A stretch of DNA of 25,433 nucleotides, taken from positions 1-25,433 of IMG/VR virus record IMGVR_UViG_3300037786_000035; one strand, given 5' to 3'. This document shows, one piece after another, positions 14,187 through 23,558 of this stretch. The translations under genes were made by a program, and so were the position numbers. The number at the start of each line of letters is the position of its first letter. The first letter of the stretch is position 1. The notes below the pieces were generated by a model that saw nothing but the letters and a program-made list of their open reading frames with translations, searched no databases and was not told where the DNA came from. The stretch is from a virus. Its lineage: Duplodnaviria; Caudoviricetes.

Positions 14187-16435
14187 CCGCCTACGCCTGC
14201 CCGCGCGAGCTGATGGCGTCGGTCACCGCCGAGGTTTTTACACCCCGGCCGGCGACCACCGTCGACCGCTGGTGCGACGAGCACCGCCGCCTGCCCCGCG
14301 CCGGCGCCGGCGCCGCGACGCCCGGCCGCTGGAACACCGACGAGGTCCCGTACCTGCGCGGGCCGATGCGTGCGTACACCGACCCCACGGTCGAGGAGAT
14401 CGCGCTGCAGAAATCGACGCAGGTCGGCGCCAGCGAGTTCCTCGTCAGCTGCGCGCTCTACACGATCGACGCCGAACCGCAGACGCAGATGTTCGTCTAC
14501 CCGACGGCGACCAAGGGCAAGAAGTTCAACACCGACCGACTGGTCCCGTCGATCAGAGCGTGCCCGCCGATCGGCCGGCTGCTCCGCTCCCCTCGCGACC
14601 TGACGGCCGAGCAGCTCCGACTCGACGGCTCGCTGATCAACTTCGCCTACACCGGCTCGTCCGACGCACTGCGCTCGGACCCCGTGCCGAAGATCTACCT
14701 CGACGAGACCGACGCCTACGACCACTCCGGCGAGGACCCCGTCGAGAACGCCCGCTCGCGGCAGGAGACCTTCGAGCACCGCAAGCTGCTCAAGGTCTCG
14801 ACGCCGATGAGCGACTCGGCGGGGATCACCAAGGAGTACGACGACGCCGACGTCCGCTGCCAGTACCAGTGCCCGTGCCCGCACTGCGGCCAGTTCTTCG
14901 AGCTCTTCGACTTCGGACTGCTCGGATGGATCGGCGGCGTGCACACCGAGCCCAAGGCCGCGGCGAGCAACTGCTGGATCCAGTGCCCGCACGCCGAGTG
15001 CGGCCGGCGGATCCGCGAGGAAAACAAGCGCTGGATGGTCCAGCACGGGCTCTGGGTCACCCAGGGCGAGTGGATCGAATCCGACGGATCGATCCTGAGC
15101 ACGCTCGACGGGCTCACCCGCCGCCTAAGCGACGACACGCTGATGGCCTCGCGCCTCGGGGCGGGGTTCTTCCGCGACGAAATCAACGAGCCGGACCCCG
15201 CGAGCCGCAACGCCGGGTTGAGCGAGTCCGACGCCGCGCAGCGGCGTGCAAGGCTCGGCGTTGCGGTCCGCGGGAGCAAATCCACCGGCCCCCGCGTCGG
15301 CTTCCGCATCAACCGCTTCGCCTCGCTGATCAGCGAGAAGGGCTGGGCGGGCGTGGTCGAGGACTTCGTGCGTGCCAACGGCCGCCCCGACGCGACCTGG
15401 TGGCGCGACCGACTCGGCCGCTCACCGTCGACCAAGGGCGAGCGGATCGAGTCGGCCGACCTCAAGCAGCTGTGCACCGGCAGCGAGCTCGGTGGGCACG
15501 ACCTCGGCGACTGCCCCGGGTGGACCGCGATGCTCTTCGGCGGGGTCGACGTACAGAAGAAGTGCGTCAAGGTGCTCGTCAAGGCGTACGGCATCGGCGG
15601 CCAGGAGGCCGTCGTGTACACCAAGCGGATCCCCCGTGATGTGGACCTCAAGCTGGCCGACGTGCTCCGCCCGCTCGGCGAGCTCGGCGGGTTCCCCGTC
15701 AAGGGCACCACCCGCCGGCTCAACCCGTTCCTGATGATCGACTCGGGGCACTGGGCGCTGCAGGTCTACAAGCTCGTCGACGACCTGCGGACCAAGTACG
15801 GCAAGCGGTTCGTCGCCGGCAAGGGCAACGACGGGCGGTTCAACGACCCGATGCCCTACCGCCGCGTGACGCTCACCGAGCACCGCGACTCTAACGGCAA
15901 CAAGTACGCGCTGCCCAAGCCCGTCGAGCTCGTGCACGTCAACACCGACCACTTCAAGGACGAGGCCGCCGCACGGATGCGGCCGCTGGACGACACGAAG
16001 ATCGAGGCGCTGACCAAGATGGCCGGCGACGGCCTCGAGGGCGAGGCCCGGCAGGCCGAGATCGACCGCACGCTCGCGCGGATCCAGCCGGTGCAGCTGC
16101 CCGGCGAGCAGTCATGGAGAGACTGCGACGCGGTGATCCGCGAGCTGACCAACGCAGAGAAGGTGAAGATCGGCGCCGGCAGCGGCCGCGGCGGCAACGA
16201 CGGCCGCGGCAAGAAGCGCGACGCCTGGCGCAAGAAGCACGAGCACCAGCCCGACGACTACCTCGACGGCTGGGTCTACGCCGACTGCTACGCCGCGCTC
16301 GTGCAGGTCACCGAGTGGACCCCCGAGATGCTCGAGCGCGTGACCGCCCCCGAGCCAACGCCGAAGCGTTCCACAGGGAACACCAGCCACGCGAGCGACA
16401 TCGCCGCCCGAGCCGCAGAGCGGATGGGGCGCTAA
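14183..16435 (+). CDS. Terminase large subunit, lambda GpA family
   Basis: PGRW..VPYLRGPM, KSTQVG, Walker B YLDETD, VSTP, CPHCG, nuclease motifs GVDVQ, IDSG and DDYLD. Confidence 0.95.
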   Translation: MTAYACPRELMASVTAEVFTPRPATTVDRWCDEHRRLPRAGAGAATPGRWNTDEVPYLRGPMRAYTDPTVEEIALQKSTQVGASEFLVSCALYTIDAEPQTQMFVYPTATKGKKFNTDRLVPSIRACPPIGRLLRSPRDLTAEQLRLDGSLINFAYTGSSDALRSDPVPKIYLDETDAYDHSGEDPVENARSRQETFEHRKLLKVSTPMSDSAGITKEYDDADVRCQYQCPCPHCGQFFELFDFGLLGWIGGVHTEPKAAASNCWIQCPHAECGRRIREENKRWMVQHGLWVTQGEWIESDGSILSTLDGLTRRLSDDTLMASRLGAGFFRDEINEPDPASRNAGLSESDAAQRRARLGVAVRGSKSTGPRVGFRINRFASLISEKGWAGVVEDFVRANGRPDATWWRDRLGRSPSTKGERIESADLKQLCTGSELGGHDLGDCPGWTAMLFGGVDVQKKCVKVLVKAYGIGGQEAVVYTKRIPRDVDLKLADVLRPLGELGGFPVKGTTRRLNPFLMIDSGHWALQVYKLVDDLRTKYGKRFVAGKGNDGRFNDPMPYRRVTLTEHRDSNGNKYALPKPVELVHVNTDHFKDEAAARMRPLDDTKIEALTKMAGDGLEGEARQAEIDRTLARIQPVQLPGEQSWRDCDAVIRELTNAEKVKIGAGSGRGGNDGRGKKRDAWRKKHEHQPDDYLDGWVYADCYAALVQVTEWTPEMLERVTAPEPTPKRSTGNTSHASDIAARAAERMGR

Positions 16436-16456
16436 CCGAAAGCACACACCCGAACG

Positions 16457-16699
16457 ATGGCCACCTGGCAGTACGACGACTGGATCACGCTCCCCACGCC
16501 CGCCGCGCGTGAGGCGCAGCTGCGCCTGCACATCCAGGAGGTCAGCAAGCTGATGACGCCGGACGTCTCCAAGGGCAACGCCTCGATGTCCACCGGCAGC
16601 CTCGCCGGCTACCTCTCCGAGCTCAAGGCCGACCTGAAGGAGCTGATGGCCGTGACCCGCCCGCGCCACAGCTACGCCAAGATCGGCGGCACGCGATGA
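16457..16699 (+). CDS. Head completion protein, gpW-like (by position)
   Basis: 80-aa helix-hairpin-helix-like ORF between TerL and portal. Confidence 0.65.
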   Translation: MATWQYDDWITLPTPAAREAQLRLHIQEVSKLMTPDVSKGNASMSTGSLAGYLSELKADLKELMAVTRPRHSYAKIGGTR

Positions 16700-18195
16700 G
16701 CGGGCTCGTCGACGAATGGGGCATGCCGTACCCGGCATCCATGCTGCGCCCGTCGGCGGCGTCGCGAAGCTTCAACAACTCCAGCCGCGGCCGCCTCCGC
16801 CGCCCGGGCCACGGCCCGATCGGCAGCGCCAACAGCCACCGCGACGAGCGGACGCTCGAGAAGCTGATCCGCGACTGCCAGCACGAGGCCCGCAACAACC
16901 CGATCGCGCGCACGCTGATGCACGCCCGCAGCGACTTCGTCGTCGGCTCGAGCCCGATCCACGAGACCCGCAGCGAGGACAAGGACTGGAACAAGGAGGT
17001 CGAGGCCCGCTTCGCCGACTGGTCCGCCGGCCGCTGCGACAGCGCCGGGCAGATGACCCTCGCGCAGATCGCCGCGGCGATCGTCAACGCGATGGACGAC
17101 TCGGGCGGCATCCTCGCCCACAAGGTCGGCGGCAAGGGCGGCTGGGCCCCGCGCATCGAGCTCATCGAGGCCATCCGCCTCAAGAACCCCCCGGGCAGAT
17201 CCGACAGCCGGTTCCTCACCGCCGGCGTCGAGCTCAGCGAATCGACCAACCGCCCGGTCGCCTACCACGTCGCCGACTGGAACGAGCAGGGCACGAGCCT
17301 GACCACCCAGACGCGCAAGCTCGACTCGACCGCGGCGCTGCTGATCAACAACCCGCGGCTGCTGGGGCCCAACCAGCACCGGGCAGAGCCCGGCCTGGCC
17401 GCCGTGCTCGACAAGATCGAGGCGCTCACCCGCACCTGCGAGGCATCGCTCGTCGCCCACGAGCTCGCCGCGATGACCGCCCTGGTCATCCAGCGCGAGA
17501 ACGCCCAGGGCGTCACGCACGAGGACGCGATGGCCGAGTCGATGGTCGCCGCGGGGCTCGCGACGAGCACCCAGGACGCCAAGGACCGCGGCCTCTGGCT
17601 GCCCGGCGGCGTCATGGAGCTCAACGCCGGCGAGAGCGTGTTCCAGGTCGACCCCAAGCACCCGTCCAGCGGCTTCGAGGTCATGTTCTGGACCGAGCTA
17701 CACGCGATCTGCGCCGCCCTCGACCTGCCGCTCGAGCTGGTGTACATGCGGTTCACGAACAACTTCGCCGCCAGCCGCTCGGCCATCAGCGTCGGCTGGC
17801 GGAAGATGCAGGTCCTGCAGGCGTACATTACCAGCCGGTTCCTCACCCCGATCTACCTCTGGTGGCTCGCCGGGGAGATCCGCGAGGGCGGGCTCCGCAT
17901 GCCCAAGGGCGCCGGCTGGAACCGCCACGGCTTCATCCTCCCGGCGATGCCGTCGCTGGACCCCAAGGCCGAGGCCGAGGCCCAGCTGCTCGCGCTCGCC
18001 GGCGGCATCACGACGCACCGCCGCGTGCTGCTCGACCGCGGCGAGGGCGACCGCGCCCAGTTTATGGAGGCGTGGAAGGCCGAGCACCAGGAGAACACCG
18101 ACGCGGGCCTGACCTACGGCCAGCCGCTGCAGATCACCCGCTCCGAGCAGCAGAACCCCTACGAACTCCAGCACGAGGAAGCCGATGCCCGCTGA
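16696..18195 (+). CDS. Portal protein, lambda family
   Basis: RNNPIAR, IELIEAIRL, AGVEL...PVAYHV, NFAASR, SLDPKAEAEA. Confidence 0.93.
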   Translation: MSGLVDEWGMPYPASMLRPSAASRSFNNSSRGRLRRPGHGPIGSANSHRDERTLEKLIRDCQHEARNNPIARTLMHARSDFVVGSSPIHETRSEDKDWNKEVEARFADWSAGRCDSAGQMTLAQIAAAIVNAMDDSGGILAHKVGGKGGWAPRIELIEAIRLKNPPGRSDSRFLTAGVELSESTNRPVAYHVADWNEQGTSLTTQTRKLDSTAALLINNPRLLGPNQHRAEPGLAAVLDKIEALTRTCEASLVAHELAAMTALVIQRENAQGVTHEDAMAESMVAAGLATSTQDAKDRGLWLPGGVMELNAGESVFQVDPKHPSSGFEVMFWTELHAICAALDLPLELVYMRFTNNFAASRSAISVGWRKMQVLQAYITSRFLTPIYLWWLAGEIREGGLRMPKGAGWNRHGFILPAMPSLDPKAEAEAQLLALAGGITTHRRVLLDRGEGDRAQFMEAWKAEHQENTDAGLTYGQPLQITRSEQQNPYELQHEEADAR

Positions 18196-19666
18196 GCACC
18201 CGAGACCACCGCTCGCCGGCACCATGCTGGCCAACGCCTACGAGGTCAACAAGTCGATGCACGCGGCGATCGCCGCGGGCCGACCCGTCGAGCAGGCACG
18301 CCGCACCGCCGGCGAGCTCCCGATCGCGCGGGCCGCAACGTCGGGCGAAGGCCCGGCCGGCCGCGCCGACCCCTTCATTCGCGCCGGCACCCACGCGGTG
18401 ATCCCGATCGACGGGTACATCAGCTACGGCGACTGCCCCTGGTGGATGCAAGGCGGCACGCCCAACCCCCTGGTCGTCCGCGCCCTGGCCGACGCCGCCG
18501 ACGACGAGACGATCGAGGATATCACGCTCGACCTCAACACCCCCGGCGGCGACGTCGCGGGCATCAGCGACCTGGTCGCGGCCCTCGCCGCCGCCAGGGC
18601 GGCCAAGCCCGTCTACGCGCTCGTGCACGATATGGCCGCCAGCGCCGGCTACTGGCTCGCGGCGTGCTGCAGCGAGATCATCGCCACGCCGAGCTCCTCG
18701 AGCGGGTCGATCGGCGTGATCGCCGCGGTGCACGACACCAGCCGCGACGCCGAGATGCACGGCGTGAAGGTCCACGTGATCACGACCGGAGCGATGAAGT
18801 CGATCGGGCACTACGGCACCGAGATCGACGAGTCGATGCTCGCCCACGAGCGCGGCCTCGTCGAGCAGATGGCGGCGGATTTCTACGCCGCGGTGACCGC
18901 CAGCCGCCCGCTGAGTGATGAGCAGCTCGGCGCCATGCAGGGCGCGCTCTACTACGGGCAGGGCCAGATCGCCGCGGGCCTCGTCGACCGGATCATGCCC
19001 GCCGCAGACTTCTACGCCGCGCTCATCGAGGGCGGACTGCAGACAACCCACACGGCCGCAGGAGCCGCCAACGAGAACCCGAAACCAGCGGCGTCCGCCG
19101 CCAAGGAGACCCCCACCATGCCCAAGACCGCCGCCGAAGAGCTCAACGAGCAGTACAACGCGATGAGCGACGAAGACAAGAAGGAGTTCGACGCCCTCCG
19201 CTCCGCCGAGGCCCCCGAGGAGGAGGAGACGCAGGGCGAGGAGACCACCGCCACCACCGAGGAGACGAGCGAGGAGGAGCCGCAGGCCGCCGCGCCGATG
19301 ACGACCAAGGCCGCCCGCGCCGTGCTCGAGGGGCTCGGCCTGCCGCAGGCGACCGTCAACGAGATCGTGATCGCGGCCGTCGAGGAGAACCTCACCGAGG
19401 CGGCGGTGCTCAAGAAGGCGATCGTCGCCAACAAGAGCGGCGACCTGTCCGAGGCCGCCGGCACCCCGCGCGGCGGCGAGAGCGAGCTCGGCGGCGGGTC
19501 CGCATCGGCGGGCTCGACCGGCTCGGCGAAAGCCAAGATCGAGCAGCTCGTCACCGACCGCATGAAGAGCGCCAACCTCGACCGCTCCGCGGCCTCGAGA
19601 GCCGTGCTCAAAGAGAACCCGTCGCTGCGCGACGAGATGGTCAAAGAAGCCAACGCCGCCGGCTGA
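18185..19666 (+). CDS. S49 family prohead protease (lambda gpC-like) with C-terminal scaffold
   Basis: LDLNTPGGDV, MAASAGYWLA, GSIGVI; acidic low-complexity C-terminus. Confidence 0.92.
   Translation: MPAEHPRPPLAGTMLANAYEVNKSMHAAIAAGRPVEQARRTAGELPIARAATSGEGPAGRADPFIRAGTHAVIPIDGYISYGDCPWWMQGGTPNPLVVRALADAADDETIEDITLDLNTPGGDVAGISDLVAALAAARAAKPVYALVHDMAASAGYWLAACCSEIIATPSSSSGSIGVIAAVHDTSRDAEMHGVKVHVITTGAMKSIGHYGTEIDESMLAHERGLVEQMAADFYAAVTASRPLSDEQLGAMQGALYYGQGQIAAGLVDRIMPAADFYAALIEGGLQTTHTAAGAANENPKPAASAAKETPTMPKTAAEELNEQYNAMSDEDKKEFDALRSAEAPEEEETQGEETTATTEETSEEEPQAAAPMTTKAARAVLEGLGLPQATVNEIVIAAVEENLTEAAVLKKAIVANKSGDLSEAAGTPRGGESELGGGSASAGSTGSAKAKIEQLVTDRMKSANLDRSAASRAVLKENPSLRDEMVKEANAAG
19118..19666 (+). 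CDS. Nested in-frame scaffolding protein (Nu3-like, 182 aa)
   Basis: Internal AAGGAG-ACCCCCACC-ATG in frame with the protease, just after the protease domain. Confidence 0.7.
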   Translation: MPKTAAEELNEQYNAMSDEDKKEFDALRSAEAPEEEETQGEETTATTEETSEEEPQAAAPMTTKAARAVLEGLGLPQATVNEIVIAAVEENLTEAAVLKKAIVANKSGDLSEAAGTPRGGESELGGGSASAGSTGSAKAKIEQLVTDRMKSANLDRSAASRAVLKENPSLRDEMVKEANAAG

Positions 19667-19711
19667 CCCGAGCGGCCCGCACACAGCAACCCACACCAAC
19701 CACCACCAGAC

Positions 19712-19747
19712 CCACGCGGCCCCGCCGCAGGAGGCCACACCATGCCC
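19712..19747 (+). repeat. 36-bp leader repeat, copy 1
   Basis: CCACGCGGCCCCGCCGCAGGAGGCCACACCATGCCC, identical to 20161-20196. Confidence 0.95.
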
Positions 19748-20101
19748 ACAAGAAACGACTCAGGCACCCGTACATTCACCACCGCCACGGCGATCGCCGC
19801 GGGACTGCTCGTCAAGCTCGACAGCGACGAGGACGTCTCGATCGCCGCGGTCAGCGAGCAGGCCATCGGCGTGATGCGCGACGAGTCATTCGCCGCGGGC
19901 GACGCGCACGCGGTCGACCTGCTCACCAAGCCCGGCACCGTGATCTGTATCGCCGCGGGCGCGTTCAGCGCCGGGGCGATCGTCTACGGACGCAACGGCG
20001 GCAAGGTCGACGACACGTCGGCCGACTCGGCGATCGCGTTCGGCAAAGCCGTGACAGCGGCGACCGCCGACGGCGACGAGGTCGAGGTCATGCCGTTCTA
20101 A
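19742..20101 (+). CDS. Capsid cement / decoration protein, DUF2190-like
   Basis: 119 aa, Ala/Gly-rich, AIGV and GKAVTAATADGDEVEV motifs, between protease and capsid. Confidence 0.8.
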   Translation: MPTRNDSGTRTFTTATAIAAGLLVKLDSDEDVSIAAVSEQAIGVMRDESFAAGDAHAVDLLTKPGTVICIAAGAFSAGAIVYGRNGGKVDDTSADSAIAFGKAVTAATADGDEVEVMPF

Positions 20102-20160
20102 GCCGCCCGCACTGAAACCACCCCACCCAGCACCCGCAACCAACCACCCCACCACCCGAT

Positions 20161-20196
20161 CCACGCGGCCCCGCCGCAGGAGGCCACACCATGCCC
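20161..20196 (+). repeat. 36-bp leader repeat, copy 2
   Basis: Identical to 19712-19747; contains AGGAGG and the capsid ATG. Confidence 0.95.
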
Positions 20197-21162
20197 GTCC
20201 CCGGAACATCCACCGTCACCGCCCGGCCCGACCTGGCCGCGACCATCCAGCAATACCCCATCGCCCTCGGCATGCGCGGCGCGATCGGGCACCTGCTCTT
20301 CCCGATCATCGAGGTCGACTACCAGAGCGGCAACTACGGCCTGATCCCGCCCAAGGAGATCCTGACCCCGCGCACCGCGAAACGCGCGAGCGACGGCTCG
20401 TACCAGCGCAGCACCTTCAAGTTCCAGGACAAGCAGTGGGCAACGCAGGAGTACGGCGCCGAGCAGGTCGTCGACGAACGCCGCGCCAACCGCTACGCCG
20501 ACTACTTCGACGCCGAGCAGATCGCCGCGCAGCTCGCGCAGTTCGAGGCGATCCAGGCGGCCGAGATCCGCTGCGCGGACCTCGCCACCGACGTCTCGGC
20601 GTTCAGCGGGCAGACCACCGCCGCCGGCACCGACTGGACCGACTGGTCGGGCTCGGATCCGATCGACAACATGGAATCAGCGGCGACCGCGGTCTACGAC
20701 CGCACCGGCCTCTGGCCGAAGATCGGCTACTGCTCCAAGAAAACGTTCCGCAACCTGCGCAACAACGACAAGGTCATCGAACGCATCGAGGCGACCGGCG
20801 CCGGCCAGCCCGCCAAGTCCTCGGACATCAGCGCGGACCTGCTCGCCAAAGTCTTCGACCTCGAGAAGATCCTCGTGGGCGAGATGTCGGTCAACGACGC
20901 GAACCCCGGGCAGGACGAGTCGATCAGCGGCGTCTGGTCCGACAGCATCTTCGGACTCGCCGTCGTCGACGAGGGCGGGAACATGGAGATGCCCACGGCG
21001 TTCCGCTCGTTCCACTGGGCGAAGGACGGCTCGAGCGCCGGCGTCGCGATCGAGCACTACGACTCGGACGCGAACCGCTCGCGGATCATCCGCGCCCGCC
21101 AGGACATCCAGGAGAAGGTCGAGATCTCCGAGATGGTCCAGCTCATCACCGGCGTGGCCTAA
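20191..21162 (+). CDS. Major capsid protein (lambda gpE-like)
   Basis: 323 aa, strong RBS, position, motifs LLFPIIEV, EIRCA, W...SDPIDNM, LLAKVFDLEKILVG. Confidence 0.85.
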   Translation: MPVPGTSTVTARPDLAATIQQYPIALGMRGAIGHLLFPIIEVDYQSGNYGLIPPKEILTPRTAKRASDGSYQRSTFKFQDKQWATQEYGAEQVVDERRANRYADYFDAEQIAAQLAQFEAIQAAEIRCADLATDVSAFSGQTTAAGTDWTDWSGSDPIDNMESAATAVYDRTGLWPKIGYCSKKTFRNLRNNDKVIERIEATGAGQPAKSSDISADLLAKVFDLEKILVGEMSVNDANPGQDESISGVWSDSIFGLAVVDEGGNMEMPTAFRSFHWAKDGSSAGVAIEHYDSDANRSRIIRARQDIQEKVEISEMVQLITGVA

Positions 21163-21189
21163 GCCGCCCATACAAAGCCAACCACCCCA

Positions 21190-21222
21190 CCCGGGGCGGC
21201 GATCACCCGCCGCCCCGGGCTT
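21190..21222 (+). terminator. Strong hairpin after the capsid gene (weak terminator or mRNA stabiliser)
   Basis: 12-bp perfect stem CCCGGGGCGGCG/CGCCGCCCCGGG with only CTT after it. Confidence 0.5.
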
Positions 21223-21246
21223 CCACCGCACACCCAAGGAGCACCG

Positions 21247-21819
21247 ATGGGCACCAAGAAACCAACAGACGCCGAGACCGCCGCGGACCTCAAGAACAAG
21301 CTCGCCCGGCAGGTCAAACTCACCAAGTCCGCTAAGGAACGCGGCGACGAGCTCAGCAAGGACCTCGGCAAGGCCAAGGCCCGCATCAAGTCGCTGCAGT
21401 CCGAGGCCAAGCTCATGGAGAAGCAGCACGCCGAGGAGATCGCCTCGCACGACGCCGTGCCCGCCGAGCGGTACATGGTCGTCGCACGCCAGGAGATGCC
21501 CGTCGCCGGCAAGCAACGCCCCGCGGGCACCGTCATCGGCTTCATCACCGCCGTCGAGGGCGCGGAGCCCGAGCTCGTCGCCCACGCGCTCTACCGCTCC
21601 AAGGCGAGCATCAAGCCGACCGCCGAGACATACACGGCCCAGGTGCACGTCAACGTGGACGAGGACGAGCTCAAGAAGCTGGTCGACGACGCGTGCGAGA
21701 AACTCAAGGACACCTACGAGGGCCGCATCGCCGAGCTCGAGCAGCAGCTCGCCGAGGCCACGGCCGAGAGCGGCGACGAGCAATCCGCCGGCTCGACAGA
21801 GCAAGCGGGCGACGAGTAG
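21247..21819 (+). CDS. Hypothetical coiled-coil protein (190 aa)
   Basis: AAGGAG RBS; central small domain shared with the next gene. Confidence 0.8.
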   Translation: MGTKKPTDAETAADLKNKLARQVKLTKSAKERGDELSKDLGKAKARIKSLQSEAKLMEKQHAEEIASHDAVPAERYMVVARQEMPVAGKQRPAGTVIGFITAVEGAEPELVAHALYRSKASIKPTAETYTAQVHVNVDEDELKKLVDDACEKLKDTYEGRIAELEQQLAEATAESGDEQSAGSTEQAGDE

Positions 21820-21877
21820 CCGCCGCCAGCACTGTCACCACGCACCCAAGCGCACCCAGGAGCACACAGGAGAACCC

Positions 21878-22108
21878 ATGCCAAGCGAACCCAAAGCAAC
21901 CAGCACCGACAAGCCCGCCGCCAAATCACAGGACACCGGCCCGGCGACCTTCGAGCTCAAGACCAACAAGGCGTCCATCCGCAGGGGCGTGCACGTCAAA
22001 GAGGGCACGCTGATCGCGACCATCACCACCGAGCCCGGCGTCGGCATGCACCAGGTCCGCGACAGCCTCCGCCGCGGCAGCGTCACCCCCGTCCGCAAGC
22101 TGGCCTAG
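21878..22108 (+). CDS. Hypothetical protein (76 aa)
   Basis: AGGAG RBS; paralogous to the centre of the previous gene. Confidence 0.75.
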   Translation: MPSEPKATSTDKPAAKSQDTGPATFELKTNKASIRRGVHVKEGTLIATITTEPGVGMHQVRDSLRRGSVTPVRKLA

Positions 22109-22144
22109 GCCGCACGCCGGCCCACGCACAAACAGGAGCACGCC

Positions 22145-22366
22145 ATGAAAGCACGCGCCACCCAACTCCTCACCCGCTACATCGGCATGGGCCTGATGAA
22201 GGTCGCCGTCGCGTTCGGCGTCGTGGTCAATCAGAGCGACGCCGAGGGCTACGCCGCGCCGATCGCCATCGGCGTCGTCGGCGCGGTGTCCTGGCTCGCC
22301 AGCGAGATGATCCACAAGCTCACGCACGGCAGCTTCCTCGGCGACCCGAAGCAGGGCCGTGGCTGA
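22145..22366 (+). CDS. Small two-TM membrane protein, holin-like
   Basis: AGGAG RBS, 73 aa, two hydrophobic helices and a polar C-terminus. Confidence 0.55.
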   Translation: MKARATQLLTRYIGMGLMKVAVAFGVVVNQSDAEGYAAPIAIGVVGAVSWLASEMIHKLTHGSFLGDPKQGRG

Positions 22367-22414
22367 AGCCGGCGCCCGCACACCCAGCAACGCACCCAGA
22401 GACCGGAGACCGGT

Positions 22415-23011
22415 ATGACCCTGCAATCCTCGGCCATCACGCCGCTGTTCACCGCCGCGTTCGTCAACGCCACGCAGCAGATCACCGCCGGCTACTACGC
22501 CCCGGGCAGCCTGCCCGACTTCCTCGCGTCGTCGTCGACCTCACCCAACAGCTACCTCAGAAAGATCGTCGCGATGGGCTCGGCCAACGGCGGACGCAGC
22601 CGCGGGGCCAACATCCACCTCTACGGCGGCCCCACGACGATCGAGGACGACACCATCGCCGCGACCGTCTCGCTGCTGCGTGTGTGCGCCCCCACCCGCG
22701 TGTCGTCCAAGCCCACCGGGTTCCTGGTCGAGCAGCTCGGCACGCTCGCGCTCACCGCCGCCAGCGGCACCGTCGCCGCAGACACGGGGCTGGGCGGCGA
22801 GGAGCTCCGCGAGATCGACACCATCGGATGGACGCCCAGCGCGCTGTGCACGCACTACGCGTCCGCATACGGATCGTCGCCGGCGGCCTACAGCCCGGGC
22901 AGCGACGCGCCGGGCGTGTTCACGATCCCCGACGCGTTCGGCGCCTTCGGCATCATCATCGAGCCGACCGGCACCAAGACGCTCAACTGCGGCTACGAGC
23001 TGATCACATGA
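22415..23011 (+). CDS. Hypothetical virion-region protein (198 aa)
   Basis: GGAG RBS; Ser/Thr/Gly/Ala-rich, beta-like composition. Confidence 0.7.
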   Translation: MTLQSSAITPLFTAAFVNATQQITAGYYAPGSLPDFLASSSTSPNSYLRKIVAMGSANGGRSRGANIHLYGGPTTIEDDTIAATVSLLRVCAPTRVSSKPTGFLVEQLGTLALTAASGTVAADTGLGGEELREIDTIGWTPSALCTHYASAYGSSPAAYSPGSDAPGVFTIPDAFGAFGIIIEPTGTKTLNCGYELIT

Positions 23012-23502
23012 CCGCGCCCGCCCTGGTCGACCAGACGATCGTCCACCGGATGATCATGGGCCTGCTCACCCCGCTCCAGACGGGCGACGCCAGCAGCATC
23101 GACGTCAAAGCCCCGCACGAGGACCCGCCGTCGAGCGACGACGAGGGCAGCGCCGCGTTCTGGTGCCGGCTCAACCCCGTCCGGCTCGACGCCAGGCCGC
23201 GCAACCGGGGCAGCGCCGGCGCGGACCTCAAGATCGCGACGATCACCGTCACCGTCGGCGTCAGTGACGACGCCCTGCGCAGCAACCCCAGGCGGCTGAC
23301 GCACACGATGCAGACCGTTGCCGCCGTGCTCGACTCCGCGTCGGCAACGCACGCGGCGACGACGCACACGATGCAGATCGACGAGGTCAGCAACGACCCG
23401 CAGAACACCGGCGAGCACAACGGGCAGCTGATCGGCGTGCTCACCGCGTCGGCCGTCGTCCAACGCATCAGCGGCCGCACGGCAACGCTCTCGCCGACCT
23501 GA
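23008..23502 (+). CDS. Probable tail terminator / completion protein (164 aa)
   Basis: ATGA overlap at 23008; size, alpha/beta pattern and position before the tail tube. Confidence 0.55.
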   Translation: MTAPALVDQTIVHRMIMGLLTPLQTGDASSIDVKAPHEDPPSSDDEGSAAFWCRLNPVRLDARPRNRGSAGADLKIATITVTVGVSDDALRSNPRRLTHTMQTVAAVLDSASATHAATTHTMQIDEVSNDPQNTGEHNGQLIGVLTASAVVQRISGRTATLSPT

Positions 23503-23558
23503 CCGGACCGCCGCAACGACCCAGCCCACCAACACACCCCCACCACGGAGCCGAACCG

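Noticed and set aside
15065-15290. Intein in the terminase
   Set aside because: Too short, with no terminal His-Asn followed by Cys/Ser/Thr.
14047-18401. Long alternative-frame + strand ORFs (530 aa and 561 aa)
   Set aside because: Arg/Pro/Gly-rich off-frame translations overlapping TerL and portal.
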